DNA of 32,000 nt, taken from the NCBI RefSeq assembly GCF_000011125.1, contig NC_000854.2:960001-992000 (forward strand), read 5' to 3'. This document shows positions 9,289-20,908 of the stretch, one piece after another; position 1 is the first letter of the stretch; the number at the start of each line of letters is the position of its first letter. This DNA comes from Aeropyrum pernix K1. Lineage in GTDB: Archaea; Thermoproteota; Thermoprotei_A; Sulfolobales; Acidilobaceae. The notes beneath the pieces were generated by a model. That model saw nothing but the letters and a program-made list of their open reading frames with translations. It ran no database searches and was not told the origin of the DNA. The position numbers were made by a program, and so were the translations under genes.

Positions 9289-10440
9289 ATGCCGATATAC
9301 GCTGTGCCGGAGTGGTACATCGTCAGGCCCGACGCGCTGACAGTGTGGAGAAGGTATCCGCAGGTCGAGGAGAAGCTGGGGTGGTATTCGAGGGTTATGA
9401 GGGGCGAGGAGCCGCCCAAGTATAGGATAGTACGGACGTTCGAGGTTGGTTTCGACAGTGAGGATGATATTAGGAGAGCTTTGACGGAGGAGCTGTGGAG
9501 GGAGCACGAGAGGGTTGCAGGCGAGTTCAGGAGGCTTTTCAGGAGCCTCAGGGAGGGGGGAAGTTATGAGGGGGACATTAAGGATGCGAGGCCCAGCTTG
9601 ATGGATGTGAAGGTGGAGCTTGTCAGGAGGCTGGCGAGCCCCTGCGAGCTTTGTGAGAGGAGGTGTAGAGTTGAGCGGGCCAAGAGCCGCCGGGGCGCCT
9701 GCAGGCTGGCCTGGGAGGTTTATGTGCACAGCGCCTTCCTCCACCTCGGCGAGGAAGCCCCCCTTGTCCCGAGCGGCACAATATTCTATGGGGGGTGCAA
9801 CTTCACCTGCGTCTTCTGCCAGAACTGGGACGTAAGCCAGTGGAAGGCAAGGGATGCCCATATAGTTACGCCTAGGAGGCTGGGGGAGATCCAGGATAGG
9901 CTTGCCGAGGCCGGCGCGCGGAACATTAACCACGTCGGCGGCGACCCCGTCCCTAGCCTCCACGTTATCGTTGAGAGCATGAAGTACGCCAGCCACCTGA
10001 AGCCGCAGCTGTGGAACAGCAACATGTACATGACTCTAGAAGCGCTGGACATACTTGTAGATCTCATAGACATCTGGCTGCCAGACCTCAAGTTTGGGAA
10101 TGACAGGTGCGCCATGAGGCTTTCAGCAGTGCCCCGGTACTGGGAGGTGACCACGAGGAACATACTGCTCGCCGCCGAGCATGGGGACATGATTATAAGG
10201 CACCTAGTAATGCCGGGCCATGTGGAGTGCTGCACTAAGCCTGTGCTGAGGTGGATAGCAGAAAACCTTGGTGATAGGGTTCTCGTCAACATAATGGACC
10301 AGTACCACCCCGACAACCTAGTTCTCAGGATGCCACACAAGTGGCCTGAAATAGCACGGAGGCCCTCCAGGAGGGAGATCGAAGAGGCTTGGAGGTACGC
10401 TGAGCAGCTCGGCCTCGACTGGGAGCCCGTGACCAAATAG
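9289..10440 (+). CDS. radical SAM protein, PflX-like (pyruvate formate-lyase activase homologue)
   Basis: ORF open from 9229; ATG at 9289 preferred. Radical SAM motif [16 protein letters not shown], preceded by an extra Cys cluster [20 protein letters not shown] typical of COG1313 proteins. Confidence 0.8.
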   Translation: MPIYAVPEWYIVRPDALTVWRRYPQVEEKLGWYSRVMRGEEPPKYRIVRTFEVGFDSEDDIRRALTEELWREHERVAGEFRRLFRSLREGGSYEGDIKDARPSLMDVKVELVRRLASPCELCERRCRVERAKSRRGACRLAWEVYVHSAFLHLGEEAPLVPSGTIFYGGCNFTCVFCQNWDVSQWKARDAHIVTPRRLGEIQDRLAEAGARNINHVGGDPVPSLHVIVESMKYASHLKPQLWNSNMYMTLEALDILVDLIDIWLPDLKFGNDRCAMRLSAVPRYWEVTTRNILLAAEHGDMIIRHLVMPGHVECCTKPVLRWIAENLGDRVLVNIMDQYHPDNLVLRMPHKWPEIARRPSRREIEEAWRYAEQLGLDWEPVTK

Positions 10441-10492
10441 CGGGTTAAGCCTTAACAGAGGCGGCGTAGAACAGTGTGAGTGGTGCATCGGC

Positions 10493-11164
10493 TTGAAGCC
10501 CGTTCTCGCCGTTAACATGAAGACCTACAGCTCAGCCTTCGGAGAGGGGGCTAGACGCCTGGCCAGAGATGCGGCGCGGGTAGCGCGGGAGGTGGATGTC
10601 AGGGTTATACTTGTGGCGCCATTGATAAACGCCTCCTCCCTGGCTGGGGTGTATGGCGACGTTTACATCCAGCACGCCGACCCCGTCGATCTGGGGGCTC
10701 ACACGGGCTACACCCCCGTCGAGGCCGCTGCGGCAGAGGGGTTGAGGGGGGTTATGGTTAACCACAGCGAGCATAAGGTAACCTACAGGCACCTACAGGC
10801 TGTGGTCTCGAAGGCTAGGAGCCTGGGGCTAGAGGTCCTCGCGTGCGCCGACACTCCTGAGGAAGCCGCTGCGGCTGCGCTCCTAAGGCCATCCATGGTC
10901 GCCCTCGAGCCGCCCGAGCTCATAGGTACCGGTATACCCGTTTCACAGGCAAAACCCGAGGTCATAACCCGGGGTGTAGAGGCAGTAGCCCGTGTAGCAC
11001 CCGGAGTTGCCGTCCTAGCAGGCGCGGGCATAACTGCGGGGGAGGATGCTAGGCGCGCTGTAGAGCTCGGCGCCCAGGGGGTGCTCGTGGCTAGCGCGGT
11101 GATGAAAGCCAAGGACCCCCATGGGAAGATGCTGGAGCTTGCTGAAGCTATGGCCAAGCCCTAA
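10493..11164 (+). CDS. tpiA: triosephosphate isomerase (archaeal short type)
   Basis: 223 aa, TTG start. [16 protein letters not shown], catalytic [11 protein letters not shown]-terminal GVLVASAV. Confidence 0.9.
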
Positions 11165-11169
11165 GGGGG

Positions 11170-12489
11170 CTAGGCCTCCTGACTGGCTTCCCCGCCTCTA
11201 GCCTCCGTGTCTAGCCTGGACTCCAGCATCGAAGCCAACCTAGGGAGGTTCTCGAGGGCCAGAGTCGCTAGGGCCTCCTCGAGCCTCCTCCTATCGGCCT
11301 CCACGCCCATGAGCCACAGCCTGTGCTCAACCTCGTCTAGAGGCGTGTCCACGACCTTCTCAAAATATGGCTCGAGCTCTGAGGCCAGCTCCCCGACGGG
11401 CTCCCTGCTGCCTATCTCAACCCCGTCTATAACAGCTACCCCTTCAGACTCCAAGTCCCGCCTAACCTCGCCGGGTACGGGTGTCCTCGAAACCAGCACC
11501 AGGAGATCAGGCTTATAAACCTCCCTGTAAAGGAGGACTAGCCTATGCTCCCTCACCCTAACACCCTCCCTCCTCTCCTCCCTCCTGCCAGGCTCTATCC
11601 CTAGAATGTCGGCCAGCCCTGTCTTGAGGCCCTCGAACCACCTGGCATACCACTCCTCCGCAGAAAACCTCTTGACAAGCGGCCCCTTGAGGTACCTAAC
11701 CCTCTCGTACCAGTCCTCTAGCTCTTTGAACTCCACCACGACGCTGGGCCTCTTAATCCTGGGCCTTCCATCCGCCCACTCAACCATGTCTAGAACCCTC
11801 CCACCGTAGATTATCATGTCGGGCCTTAGGCTAGTGTAGAGGCTCCAGGCCCTCTCCAGCCCCCTCGAGTCACCCCACCCTATAGGCCTGGGTGCTTCTA
11901 GGTAGAAGCTGGCCTCCCTAGCCCCGGGCAGCCTGATAACAGCATTGGCCGGTATACTCCCGCCCCTCTGCCTCCCCTGCCTCTCTATATGGAGGAACCC
12001 GTGGTCCGGGTAGACTATGGAGGCGCCCCTACGGCCATACTCGGCTACAAGCGCCAGGAAGACCCAGTGCTGGTAGATGCTTCTCAGGTTCGTGGCGAGG
12101 CTTGTGTTCAAGGCGCTTCTAGCCTTGGCCAAGAACTCCTCTGGCGATAGCTTCCCCCGGGCGAGGTCGATTGAATACTGGAAAAGCTTCTTAGCAAGGT
12201 GGCCCCGGGGGTCTTCTATGAAGCTCCTGAGCTCCTTGGGGAGGAGGACCCCCCTCAGGCCGGCGGCCCGCCGGGCTGTCTCCAACTCGTCCTTGAAGAT
12301 GTGAACCCACTCCACGGCCCTCCCAAGAGCCTCTCCCAGAATGCCATCAACAACCCTAAGCCTGAGGCTCTCGAGCAGCTCTCTAGCGCCATCCCTGAAA
12401 ACCGGCCTCCCCTCCACAAGCTCAACGCTACCCCTAACAGCCTCCAGCACATCTCTGGGGAGGCCAGCGTCGAGCGTGCTGGAAGCCAA
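11170..12489 (-). CDS. uncharacterised protein with a PD-(D/E)xK nuclease-like core
   Basis: 439 aa, same strand as tmcA and 51 nt downstream of it. LRPD(224)MIIYGG ... VVVE(253)FK(255)EL, preceded by a helix (IYQHWVFLALVAEYG) and beta-strands, fits a restriction-endonuclease-like fold. Confidence 0.7.
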   Translation of the reverse strand: MASSTLDAGLPRDVLEAVRGSVELVEGRPVFRDGARELLESLRLRVVDGILGEALGRAVEWVHIFKDELETARRAAGLRGVLLPKELRSFIEDPRGHLAKKLFQYSIDLARGKLSPEEFLAKARSALNTSLATNLRSIYQHWVFLALVAEYGRRGASIVYPDHGFLHIERQGRQRGGSIPANAVIRLPGAREASFYLEAPRPIGWGDSRGLERAWSLYTSLRPDMIIYGGRVLDMVEWADGRPRIKRPSVVVEFKELEDWYERVRYLKGPLVKRFSAEEWYARWFEGLKTGLADILGIEPGRREERREGVRVREHRLVLLYREVYKPDLLVLVSRTPVPGEVRRDLESEGVAVIDGVEIGSREPVGELASELEPYFEKVVDTPLDEVEHRLWLMGVEADRRRLEEALATLALENLPRLASMLESRLDTEARGGEASQEA

Positions 12490-12540
12490 GTTCCCCGGGG
12501 CACCTCCCGTGGAATATATAGTGTTGGCCGTTGGAAGGTA

Positions 12541-14691
12541 TTACGGTATTACCCTCCCGCTCCACAGGCTCCTGGCCCCCTCAAGTATACCCCTGATATA
12601 CTCCTCAACCTTCCCCACAGCCTCGTCAACCGTGGAGGCCCCGATTATCGAGGCCACCTCGCTGTAGGGCTTCCCCTGGACGACCCTCGCCACTGCCCCT
12701 ACGAGACCCGGTTCAACGGGGTTCCAGCTCCTTGTGGCTAGGAGTGTGCTCAGAAGGGCTATGTAGACGGCGTCGAAGGCCTGGTCGGCCATCACTTCCC
12801 CCTTGAGGAAGCCTTCTAGATGCCTGGCCTGTATCCTCGTAAGGTATAGGGGAGGTGCTGTCGCCGGGGTGTGGTGGAGGAGGAGCGCCAGCTTCTCTGC
12901 AGCGAGGTCGCGGTATATGCTCGACCCTGCGAGAGCCAGTTTCAGGGCTAGCGTTTTAGAGGCTTTTTCCAGGATCTCTGCGCCAGCGCTGTCTAGGGGT
13001 TTTGCCAGGGCGACGTTCTTCTCCCCAGTAACCCTGTTGTACCTGGGGCTGACGTAGAACGGTTTGAACCCGTTCTTAAGCCAGAAAGGTATCACGTCGT
13101 GCCTGGAGAACATGGTTGTAACCAGGCTAGCGCCCGACTCCCTGGCCTGCGCCTCTACATGCCTGAGGAGCCTGCTGCCCAGGCCCCTCCGCTGGAGGTC
13201 CTCATGCACAGCTATCCTAGACACCCTCCACGACACCACCCCGGAGCCGGGGCTGCCAGCCATGTAGAGCAGCCTTTCCAAGGCTATCCTAGCCTCCTCC
13301 TCCACATCCGGGCCTTCGAGGACGACGTCGGCGACAGCCACGGGGGTGCCGTCCGCCTCCAGAGCGTATATCCTGTGGTGCGGGCTCTCCAGCATGGCGA
13401 GGAGGTCGTCGGGAGTGTTTCGGTAGTGGGCCTGGACGAGTATGCCGTAGACGCTCCTGAGGACCTCCCTATCCCTGGCGAGGACCTCCCTAGACACCTC
13501 CACGGGCCTGGCGGCGGAGGGGTCGCCAGGCTCCTGGGGCTCGGCTCTCAGCATGAACACGGTGTAAAGCCACTCCTCCAGCGGGTCTCCGGGGAGGTAG
13601 CGTATAGGCTCCCTGAGCTCCAGCTCAATGAAAGGCTTCGGGAGTATGTTGGGCAGGAGCCTTGCGAAGGCCCTCCCACTCCCCTCGTAGCCGTGTATAG
13701 TTGTCGCCACCAGAGACTTCCCACTCCTCCACGACAGCCTCCTAACTCTGGCGACGCCCACCGCGGCGGCCTCGTCCACAACCACCAGGGGCGAGGGCTC
13801 GGCGGTGTCGGGCTGCTCGTAGGCTATCCTGAACCACGGCCCCGAAACCCTGATAACCTCGCCCCCGGAGGTCCTCACCACCCTATGCCCCTTCAACCCC
13901 AGAACATCGAGCCCCCTGAGCAGCCCTGCCATCACGCTCTGAACCGAGAGGGGCGTGGGCCCGACCAGCACGGCCCTGCCGATAAGCCTCCTCCACGCGG
14001 CATAGGCCAGGGCTAGGCCTATGACGTAGCTCTTACCGCGCCCCCTATCACCCCTAACCAGGGCGCTCCGCCAACGCCCCCTGAAGAAGCGGGCCAGGCT
14101 CTCGAGCGCCCGGGCTTGGCTCTCCGACCTGCAAGCCGATACTAGCCTCCTGGGGACGCCTGAGCCTGGTGACGGCTTGTATCTACCGGGGCTCCAGCCC
14201 TGGGCGCCGACCCCCGTGTATTCTAGAAAAGACTCGGATACTATCCGGCCCGACTCGTCGTCGATCCACAGGTGCACCGGGTTATCCCTTATCGCGGAGA
14301 ATAGGTACTCCCTGTAGAGCCCGGTGCCGCGGGGAGGCCCCGGGTCCCACCGGTCCGGCGGGTCAGCCACTATAGCCAGGAACCCCCCGGAGCGGACTGT
14401 CTCACCCGCCCCCGCTATGATGGAGGGCCTGAGGAGGCCTGGCACCGCTATTATGGCAGCAGCGTATTCTCCACCGAGTATCCTTTCTATGGAGCCGGGG
14501 GGCGCCCAAGATCTGCAGATGCCGGGCAGTCTCCCGGCTGAGGGAGAGACTAAAGCGCAATCCCCACCAGCATAGCCAGCCAGCTTCTCCGCCCAGGCCT
14601 TCACATCCCCCGTGCCAACTACCAGCAGGCCCCTAAGCCTAGAATGCCTGAGCCTCTGGATGAAACCGCTGACCTCCAACTCAACGTCCAC
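12541..14691 (-). CDS. tmcA: tRNA(Met) cytidine acetyltransferase TmcA (Nat10/Kre33 homologue)
   Basis: 716 aa. Helicase-type Walker A GDRGRGKSY, Walker B VVVDEAAA, then a GNAT domain (RIAVHEDLQRRGLGSRLL) and a C-terminal tRNA-binding tail. Confidence 0.9.
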   Translation of the reverse strand: MDVELEVSGFIQRLRHSRLRGLLVVGTGDVKAWAEKLAGYAGGDCALVSPSAGRLPGICRSWAPPGSIERILGGEYAAAIIAVPGLLRPSIIAGAGETVRSGGFLAIVADPPDRWDPGPPRGTGLYREYLFSAIRDNPVHLWIDDESGRIVSESFLEYTGVGAQGWSPGRYKPSPGSGVPRRLVSACRSESQARALESLARFFRGRWRSALVRGDRGRGKSYVIGLALAYAAWRRLIGRAVLVGPTPLSVQSVMAGLLRGLDVLGLKGHRVVRTSGGEVIRVSGPWFRIAYEQPDTAEPSPLVVVDEAAAVGVARVRRLSWRSGKSLVATTIHGYEGSGRAFARLLPNILPKPFIELELREPIRYLPGDPLEEWLYTVFMLRAEPQEPGDPSAARPVEVSREVLARDREVLRSVYGILVQAHYRNTPDDLLAMLESPHHRIYALEADGTPVAVADVVLEGPDVEEEARIALERLLYMAGSPGSGVVSWRVSRIAVHEDLQRRGLGSRLLRHVEAQARESGASLVTTMFSRHDVIPFWLKNGFKPFYVSPRYNRVTGEKNVALAKPLDSAGAEILEKASKTLALKLALAGSSIYRDLAAEKLALLLHHTPATAPPLYLTRIQARHLEGFLKGEVMADQAFDAVYIALLSTLLATRSWNPVEPGLVGAVARVVQGKPYSEVASIIGASTVDEAVGKVEEYIRGILEGARSLWSGRVIP

Positions 14692-14800
14692 GCTGCCCTC
14701 CCCCAGGTGTAGGACGGCTTGGATACTCTAGCGGCCTCTCCATTGCCACACGAGGCTTTGCTGCCGCGACCCGATAGTTTAGTCGGGACGCTCCAAACCA

Positions 14801-14808
14801 ATATATAA
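14801..14808 (+). promoter_or_regulatory. TATA box candidate for the DUF996-like gene
   Basis: atatataa lies 33-40 nt upstream of the ATG at 14841 in an otherwise GC-rich spacer. Confidence 0.4.
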
Positions 14809-14840
14809 GCACGGTTTCAACACCCTTAACCAAGAGGTTT

Positions 14841-15443
14841 ATGGAGTTGACTTCTATACCTCAGGATATTGGAACTGCCAGGATGCTGGGGATAGCTGGG
14901 TCTGCCCTAGTCCTCCTCGGCATCCTCATCCCGTTTCTGAGCCTCATAGGCTTTGTTCTCGTGCTAGTGTCGCTGTATATGCTATCAAAGCAGATGGGAG
15001 AGGAGTCTATCTTCAGAAACGCTGTTATAAGCGTCGTCCTCTCGATAGCAGGCTTCATAGTCTTCGCCTTCCTCACGGGCGCCAGCTTCTTCGCCATGGC
15101 AGGGGCCCTCGGCTCTGGAGAGCTGACCGCCCTCACCGCTGCCGGGATCGGCTCCCTGCTGGCAGGGTTTGTAATCCTTTACATAGCAATGGTTGCGTCG
15201 GCCGTCTTCTTCCGGAGGGCGTTAGAAGCGCTGGCCGGCAGGACAGGAGTCGACATGTTCAGACACGCCGGCCTCGCCTACCTCGTAGGGTCCATAACGC
15301 TGATAGTGCTCGTCGGGGGGCTCATCCTCCTCATAGCATGGGTGTTGCTCCTGGTGGGGTTCATACAGCTGAGGCCAGAGCAGGGGATGGAGACGCAGGC
15401 AGCGGTTCAGGAGGGGCCAGGAGAGTCTATAGGCCAAACCTGA
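14841..15443 (+). CDS. integral membrane protein, DUF996-like
   Basis: 200 aa, about 6 TM. N-terminal pattern ARMLGIAGSALVLLGILIPFLSLIGFVLVLVSLYMLSKQMGEESIFRNA resembles archaeal DUF996 proteins. Confidence 0.7.
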   Translation: MELTSIPQDIGTARMLGIAGSALVLLGILIPFLSLIGFVLVLVSLYMLSKQMGEESIFRNAVISVVLSIAGFIVFAFLTGASFFAMAGALGSGELTALTAAGIGSLLAGFVILYIAMVASAVFFRRALEALAGRTGVDMFRHAGLAYLVGSITLIVLVGGLILLIAWVLLLVGFIQLRPEQGMETQAAVQEGPGESIGQT

Positions 15444-15822
15444 GCATAGAGCCTACCACTACGAGGGCGGCCGTCAGTACTGCCGCAGTAAAGAGGAGAA
15501 GCCTGTCCACAGTATCTAGCCCCTCACCCCTGCTCTTAGCCAGCCTATAGTGTGCGTAGCCGCCTATTATGAAGAGGAGTGCGTACAGGCCGATCTTAGC
15601 ATGGGCGAGCGGGGGGTAGCCGCGTAGGTGCGCCATAGCCAAGCCTGAAGCGCCAGCCACCACAACGCCCAGAGTAGCGGGCCAGCCTGTGAACCTCAGA
15701 ACCAGCCTGAGATCCGAGTCTCGACCCCGGGCTAGGAGCCAGAGCGAGTTGAGTATAGCCCCCGCCCACAGTATGGCGGCAAAAACGTGGATCAGCTGGA
15801 GGAGCATGTAGCTTAGGGCCAC
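15427..15822 (-). CDS. small integral membrane protein (4 TM), function unknown
   Basis: 131 aa hydrophobic ORF (LLQLIHVFAAILWAGAIL...). Convergent 17-nt overlap with the preceding gene. Confidence 0.6.
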   Translation of the reverse strand: MALSYMLLQLIHVFAAILWAGAILNSLWLLARGRDSDLRLVLRFTGWPATLGVVVAGASGLAMAHLRGYPPLAHAKIGLYALLFIIGGYAHYRLAKSRGEGLDTVDRLLLFTAAVLTAALVVVGSMLRFGL

Positions 15823-15878
15823 TTTTCTCCACCCCCCTAGTTACACGGGGCTTGGAGGCCCCTCCCGGCGGTGGTCTC

Positions 15879-17714
<1,836 letters not shown>

Positions 17715-17832
17715 TTATAACGTACAGCCCGAGGTGTATCCCTTCGAGGTGATAGCTTCACTTTAATTCTGTATGCTGGGGTCTCTAGCTGCTGAGAAGC
17801 GTTCAGTCTTCCAGACCTCCTGTTGTGTAAGG

Positions 17833-17838
17833 TATAAA
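17833..17838 (+). promoter_or_regulatory. TATA box candidate for the ABC transporter operon
   Basis: TATAAA in ggtataaagg lies 40 nt upstream of the in-frame GTG at 17878. It argues against the upstream starts at 17773 and 17845. Confidence 0.4.
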
Positions 17839-17877
17839 GGGTGTATGTTAGGGGTTGGTCCTACTGTCTGGGGGGTT

Positions 17878-18789
17878 GTGTGGGGTTTGGGCTGTACTGT
17901 GGAGGCACGGGGTTTACGGAAGAGGTTCGGCGGGAGGACTGCAGTGGCTGGCGTCTCGTTTAGTGTCGGGGATGGTGAGAGGGCTTGTATCATGGGTCCT
18001 AACGGGAGCGGTAAGACGACTCTCCTCAGGATGGTGTCCGGGGTGCTGAGGCCCTCCGGGGGGAGTGTGCGTGTCTGCGGCTACGATGTGTGGGGCGACG
18101 GGTGGCGGGAGGCCAGGGGGCTTATAGGATTCGCCCCTCAGGACCCGCCTATGGCTAGGAGGATGACGGGCGCCGAGTATATTACGGTGGTTGGCGGCCT
18201 CCTGGGCCTTAGCCCCGGAGTTGCAAGGAGGGAGGCTAGGAGGGTTCTCGAGATGCTCGGGTTTGAGGATGTGCTTGGGAGGGTTGTGGCTAGGCTTAGC
18301 GGCGGGCAGAGGAGGGCTCTCGGCATAGCCCTGGCTCTCGCGTCGAACCCTGAGGTTGTCGTGCTAGACGAGCCTGGTAGCGGGCTTGACGTGAGGGCCA
18401 GGGAGTCCCTATGGGCCTCACTCAGGAAGGCCTTCAAGGGGAGGACCGTGTTATTCAGCAGCCACGACCCCCAGGAGGCTGAAGCGGAGTCGGACAGGGT
18501 ACTCATAATGCACAGGGGTAGGCTAGCTGCATGGGGGAAGCCTAGGGAGCTTATTCAACGATACGCACCCAAGCCCAGGGTTAGAGTGTGGGCGGATAGG
18601 GCGCCGGATGGGCTGGAGCCCGTCCACACTGGCCCCGGGTTCTCGGACTACCTTATAGAGGCTCCGGGGGACGTCGCGAGGATAGCCTCTGCATACAGCG
18701 GGGCGGGGATACTTGTTGAGAGGATAGAGGTCCTCAAGCCCAGCCTGAGGGAGGTTTTCTTCGCGGTAACGGGGGAGGAGATGGATTGA
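17878..18789 (+). CDS. ABC transporter ATP-binding protein (ABC-2 exporter type)
   Basis: ORF open from 17773; the GTG at 17878 gives (M)WGLGCTVEARGLRKRFGG. Walker A GPNGSGKTT, signature LSGGQRR, Walker B VVVLDEPGSGLD, H-loop SSHD. Confidence 0.9.
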   Translation: MWGLGCTVEARGLRKRFGGRTAVAGVSFSVGDGERACIMGPNGSGKTTLLRMVSGVLRPSGGSVRVCGYDVWGDGWREARGLIGFAPQDPPMARRMTGAEYITVVGGLLGLSPGVARREARRVLEMLGFEDVLGRVVARLSGGQRRALGIALALASNPEVVVLDEPGSGLDVRARESLWASLRKAFKGRTVLFSSHDPQEAEAESDRVLIMHRGRLAAWGKPRELIQRYAPKPRVRVWADRAPDGLEPVHTGPGFSDYLIEAPGDVARIASAYSGAGILVERIEVLKPSLREVFFAVTGEEMD

Positions 18790-19910
18790 GGCGTGGAAGG
18801 AGGTCGGGCTTCACCCTAGGCCTGGTGTCGGGGGGGCTCATGACGATCTACAGCCTCCGCAGGAGCCCCTCAGTCCTCCTCTGGTACATAGGCTTCCCCC
18901 TTCTGCTCCTGGTGATAGCCAAGTACATATTCCTAGGCGGGGGAGGGGCTCCAGTTGTGGGAGTCTACCCGGAAGGCTCGCCCGCCTACGAGGTCCTCGA
19001 GAGCATGGGGGTGAAGGTGGAGGAGTACGGCTCCCTGGGGGAGTTGTTTGAGGACCTCAGCAGGGGTTTCATAGTGGTTGCAGTAATCGAGGAGAACGGG
19101 GAGGCTAGGGTTCTGTATAGTGGGGAGGAGTATAGCCTGCTGGCCCAGGGGGTGGCGGAGGCCGTAGCAGCCTCCAGGCTAGCCGGGGGTCCCGGGGCGG
19201 GTGAGGACCTCAGAGCACTGGAGTCTCTACTCTTCAGAGCCGCCGGTGTCCACGTGGAGCCCTTCATAGACAACGCCGGCCCAGGGAGGGCTCTGGCCGA
19301 GTATAGCGTGAACCTTGTTGGCGTCGAGTCGCTCTACATCGCCCTCTACGGCGGCATGGTCATGCTCATAGCCATGAGGAGGGAGGGGATGCTAGACCTA
19401 GTGGCCTCCAGCCCTGGCGGCCCCCGGAGCCTCCTCGGCTTCATGACGGGGATGAACCTGACCGCTTCACTGGTGACAACCCTCGCAATACTCACGGCCT
19501 CCATAGCCCTTGGAGCAGACTACAGCGGTGTAAGCCCTGCCGGAGTCGTCGCCGGGGCATTCCTGATACTGGTGGGCCTCGAGACTATATTCCTAGCCTC
19601 CATACCCCTCAGCCTCCTCGTTAAGGCCGAGGAGACTGCGGCAGCCCTAGCCGGGATAGCCGGCTTCCTCCTAATATTCTCCACAGGCCTCGCGGTACCG
19701 AGGGAGATGCTCCCCGGGCTCCTTGCCGAAGCCTCCCTATACTTCCCGCTGACCCTAGCCGTCGAGCTGGGTAAGGATGCTATATTCGCCTCCGCCACAC
19801 CCTCTGAGGTCCTCACCGAGGCCTGGCCCCTATACCTGTCCCTAGCACTGGCGGGCCTCGTCGGTATACTATCGTACAGGAGGGTTATGGCCCTGGCTGT
19901 AGAGGAGTAG
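18786..19910 (+). CDS. ABC-2 type transporter permease
   Basis: 374 aa. TTG start overlaps the ATPase stop by 4 nt. One N-terminal TM, a soluble loop, then about 5 C-terminal TM helices, typical of ABC-2 permeases. Confidence 0.8.
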   Translation: MRRGRRSGFTLGLVSGGLMTIYSLRRSPSVLLWYIGFPLLLLVIAKYIFLGGGGAPVVGVYPEGSPAYEVLESMGVKVEEYGSLGELFEDLSRGFIVVAVIEENGEARVLYSGEEYSLLAQGVAEAVAASRLAGGPGAGEDLRALESLLFRAAGVHVEPFIDNAGPGRALAEYSVNLVGVESLYIALYGGMVMLIAMRREGMLDLVASSPGGPRSLLGFMTGMNLTASLVTTLAILTASIALGADYSGVSPAGVVAGAFLILVGLETIFLASIPLSLLVKAEETAAALAGIAGFLLIFSTGLAVPREMLPGLLAEASLYFPLTLAVELGKDAIFASATPSEVLTEAWPLYLSLALAGLVGILSYRRVMALAVEE

Positions 19911-19948
19911 ACGAACGCAGCCTGAGGTCCTCCCACCGCGGCCTCACT

Positions 19949-20908
19949 CTACGCCCTCTCTGGGGTGCGCCTCCTCCGGGAGCCCGAGCCGGCCTCCTGG
20001 AGGATGTATGCGAGCGCTGCTATAACCTCTTCTATGAGCACCGTACCCTTGTACCTCCCATCCCTGTCAACCACTATCGCAGCCTCAGACTCGTACGTGA
20101 GCATCTTCTCCAGCATGTCGTCAACCCCCTCATCCTCCCCCACAACTGGCGCTTCCATATAGGCCAGCGTGTGGGCGGGGGTGGTTGAGAGGTCTACGCC
20201 CTCCTCTATAGCCTCCTCGAGCGAGTCTGGCGTTATAACACCTATGGGCCTCCCATCACCGTCTACCACGGGGACGACTGGTGCTCCCTTCTCCATGAGC
20301 TTCAACACACTCTCGGCCGGTGTGTCGTGCCTCACCGGCTTTATACCGCCGTCTGCAAGCTGCCCCGCGGTTATAGGGGGTTCGACGCCCTTCTCCCTCA
20401 ATATTGCCAGAAGCGCCTCGGCGTCCACAATCTCCCTCGGCGGCCTGTGGAGGAGCTGGCTCGAGTATATGGAGGTGTTGCCCGAGACTTCCCTAGCGAC
20501 TATCGATGCCAGGAGGCTCGGGGGGATTAGGAGGTAGTTGTTGCCCATCTCCGCCACCATGATACTCGTGGCTAGGGGGACTTTGGCTGCGGCTGCGAAG
20601 AAGGCTGACATGCCCAGGTAGGCGTAGGCCGCCGCGGGGAGGGGGGCCTGGGCCACCTCCTGTATCAGGGCGTAGAACGAAAGGCCTAGGAGTGCCCCCC
20701 CAAGGAGCCCCGGCGCGAAGACCCCGCCGCTCCCGCCGGAGCCTATGGAGAGGCTTGTCGCCGCTATCTTGAGGAGGCCGGCCGTAGCCAGGACTGTAAA
20801 CGCCCACAGGCCAGCCTCGCCAACGGGGATCCAGGAGACGGGTTCTCCCGATAGCACGGCGGCCAGCACGCCCCTGCCGCTTCCCGCGACGAACGGCGCA
20901 GCGTACAC
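19949..20908 (-). CDS. ClC chloride channel, C-terminal fragment (GxFxP motif plus two CBS domains)
   Basis: GSGGSGGVFAPGLLGGA (ClC GxFxP motif), further TM helices, then a CBS pair (ITAGQLADGGIKPVRHDTPAESVLKLM... / VVGEDEGVDDMLEKML...IVVDRDGRYKGTV). This is the continuation of ORF 20764..21840 in another frame. Confidence 0.8.
   Translation of the reverse strand: MYAAPFVAGSGRGVLAAVLSGEPVSWIPVGEAGLWAFTVLATAGLLKIAATSLSIGSGGSGGVFAPGLLGGALLGLSFYALIQEVAQAPLPAAAYAYLGMSAFFAAAAKVPLATSIMVAEMGNNYLLIPPSLLASIVAREVSGNTSIYSSQLLHRPPREIVDAEALLAILREKGVEPPITAGQLADGGIKPVRHDTPAESVLKLMEKGAPVVPVVDGDGRPIGVITPDSLEEAIEEGVDLSTTPAHTLAYMEAPVVGEDEGVDDMLEKMLTYESEAAIVVDRDGRYKGTVLIEEVIAALAYILQEAGSGSRRRRTPERA

Noticed and set aside
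9238-10436. Two long minus-strand ORFs (252 aa and 216 aa) opposite the radical SAM gene
   Set aside because: They are antisense to a gene with clear radical SAM motifs. Composition is Pro/Arg/Leu/Ser-rich, with no motifs. These are GC-driven shadows.
12199-12741. 180-aa + strand ORF spanning the 11170..12489 / tmcA junction
   Set aside because: It crosses an intergenic spacer antisense to two co-oriented genes. Low-complexity Pro-rich product.
13099-14016. 305-aa + strand ORF inside the tmcA region
   Set aside because: It lies entirely antisense to a well-supported TmcA gene. The product is Pro/Arg/Gly/His-rich low-complexity sequence, typical of shadow ORFs in GC-rich DNA.
17749-17795. 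Possible C/D box sRNA (GGUGAUAG ... CUGA) in the peptidase/ABC spacer, and a similar GAUGUGA...CUGA at about 31629..31653
   Set aside because: The C boxes deviate from RUGAUGA, no credible D'/C' boxes exist, the spacing is too short for two guides, and there are no terminal stems.
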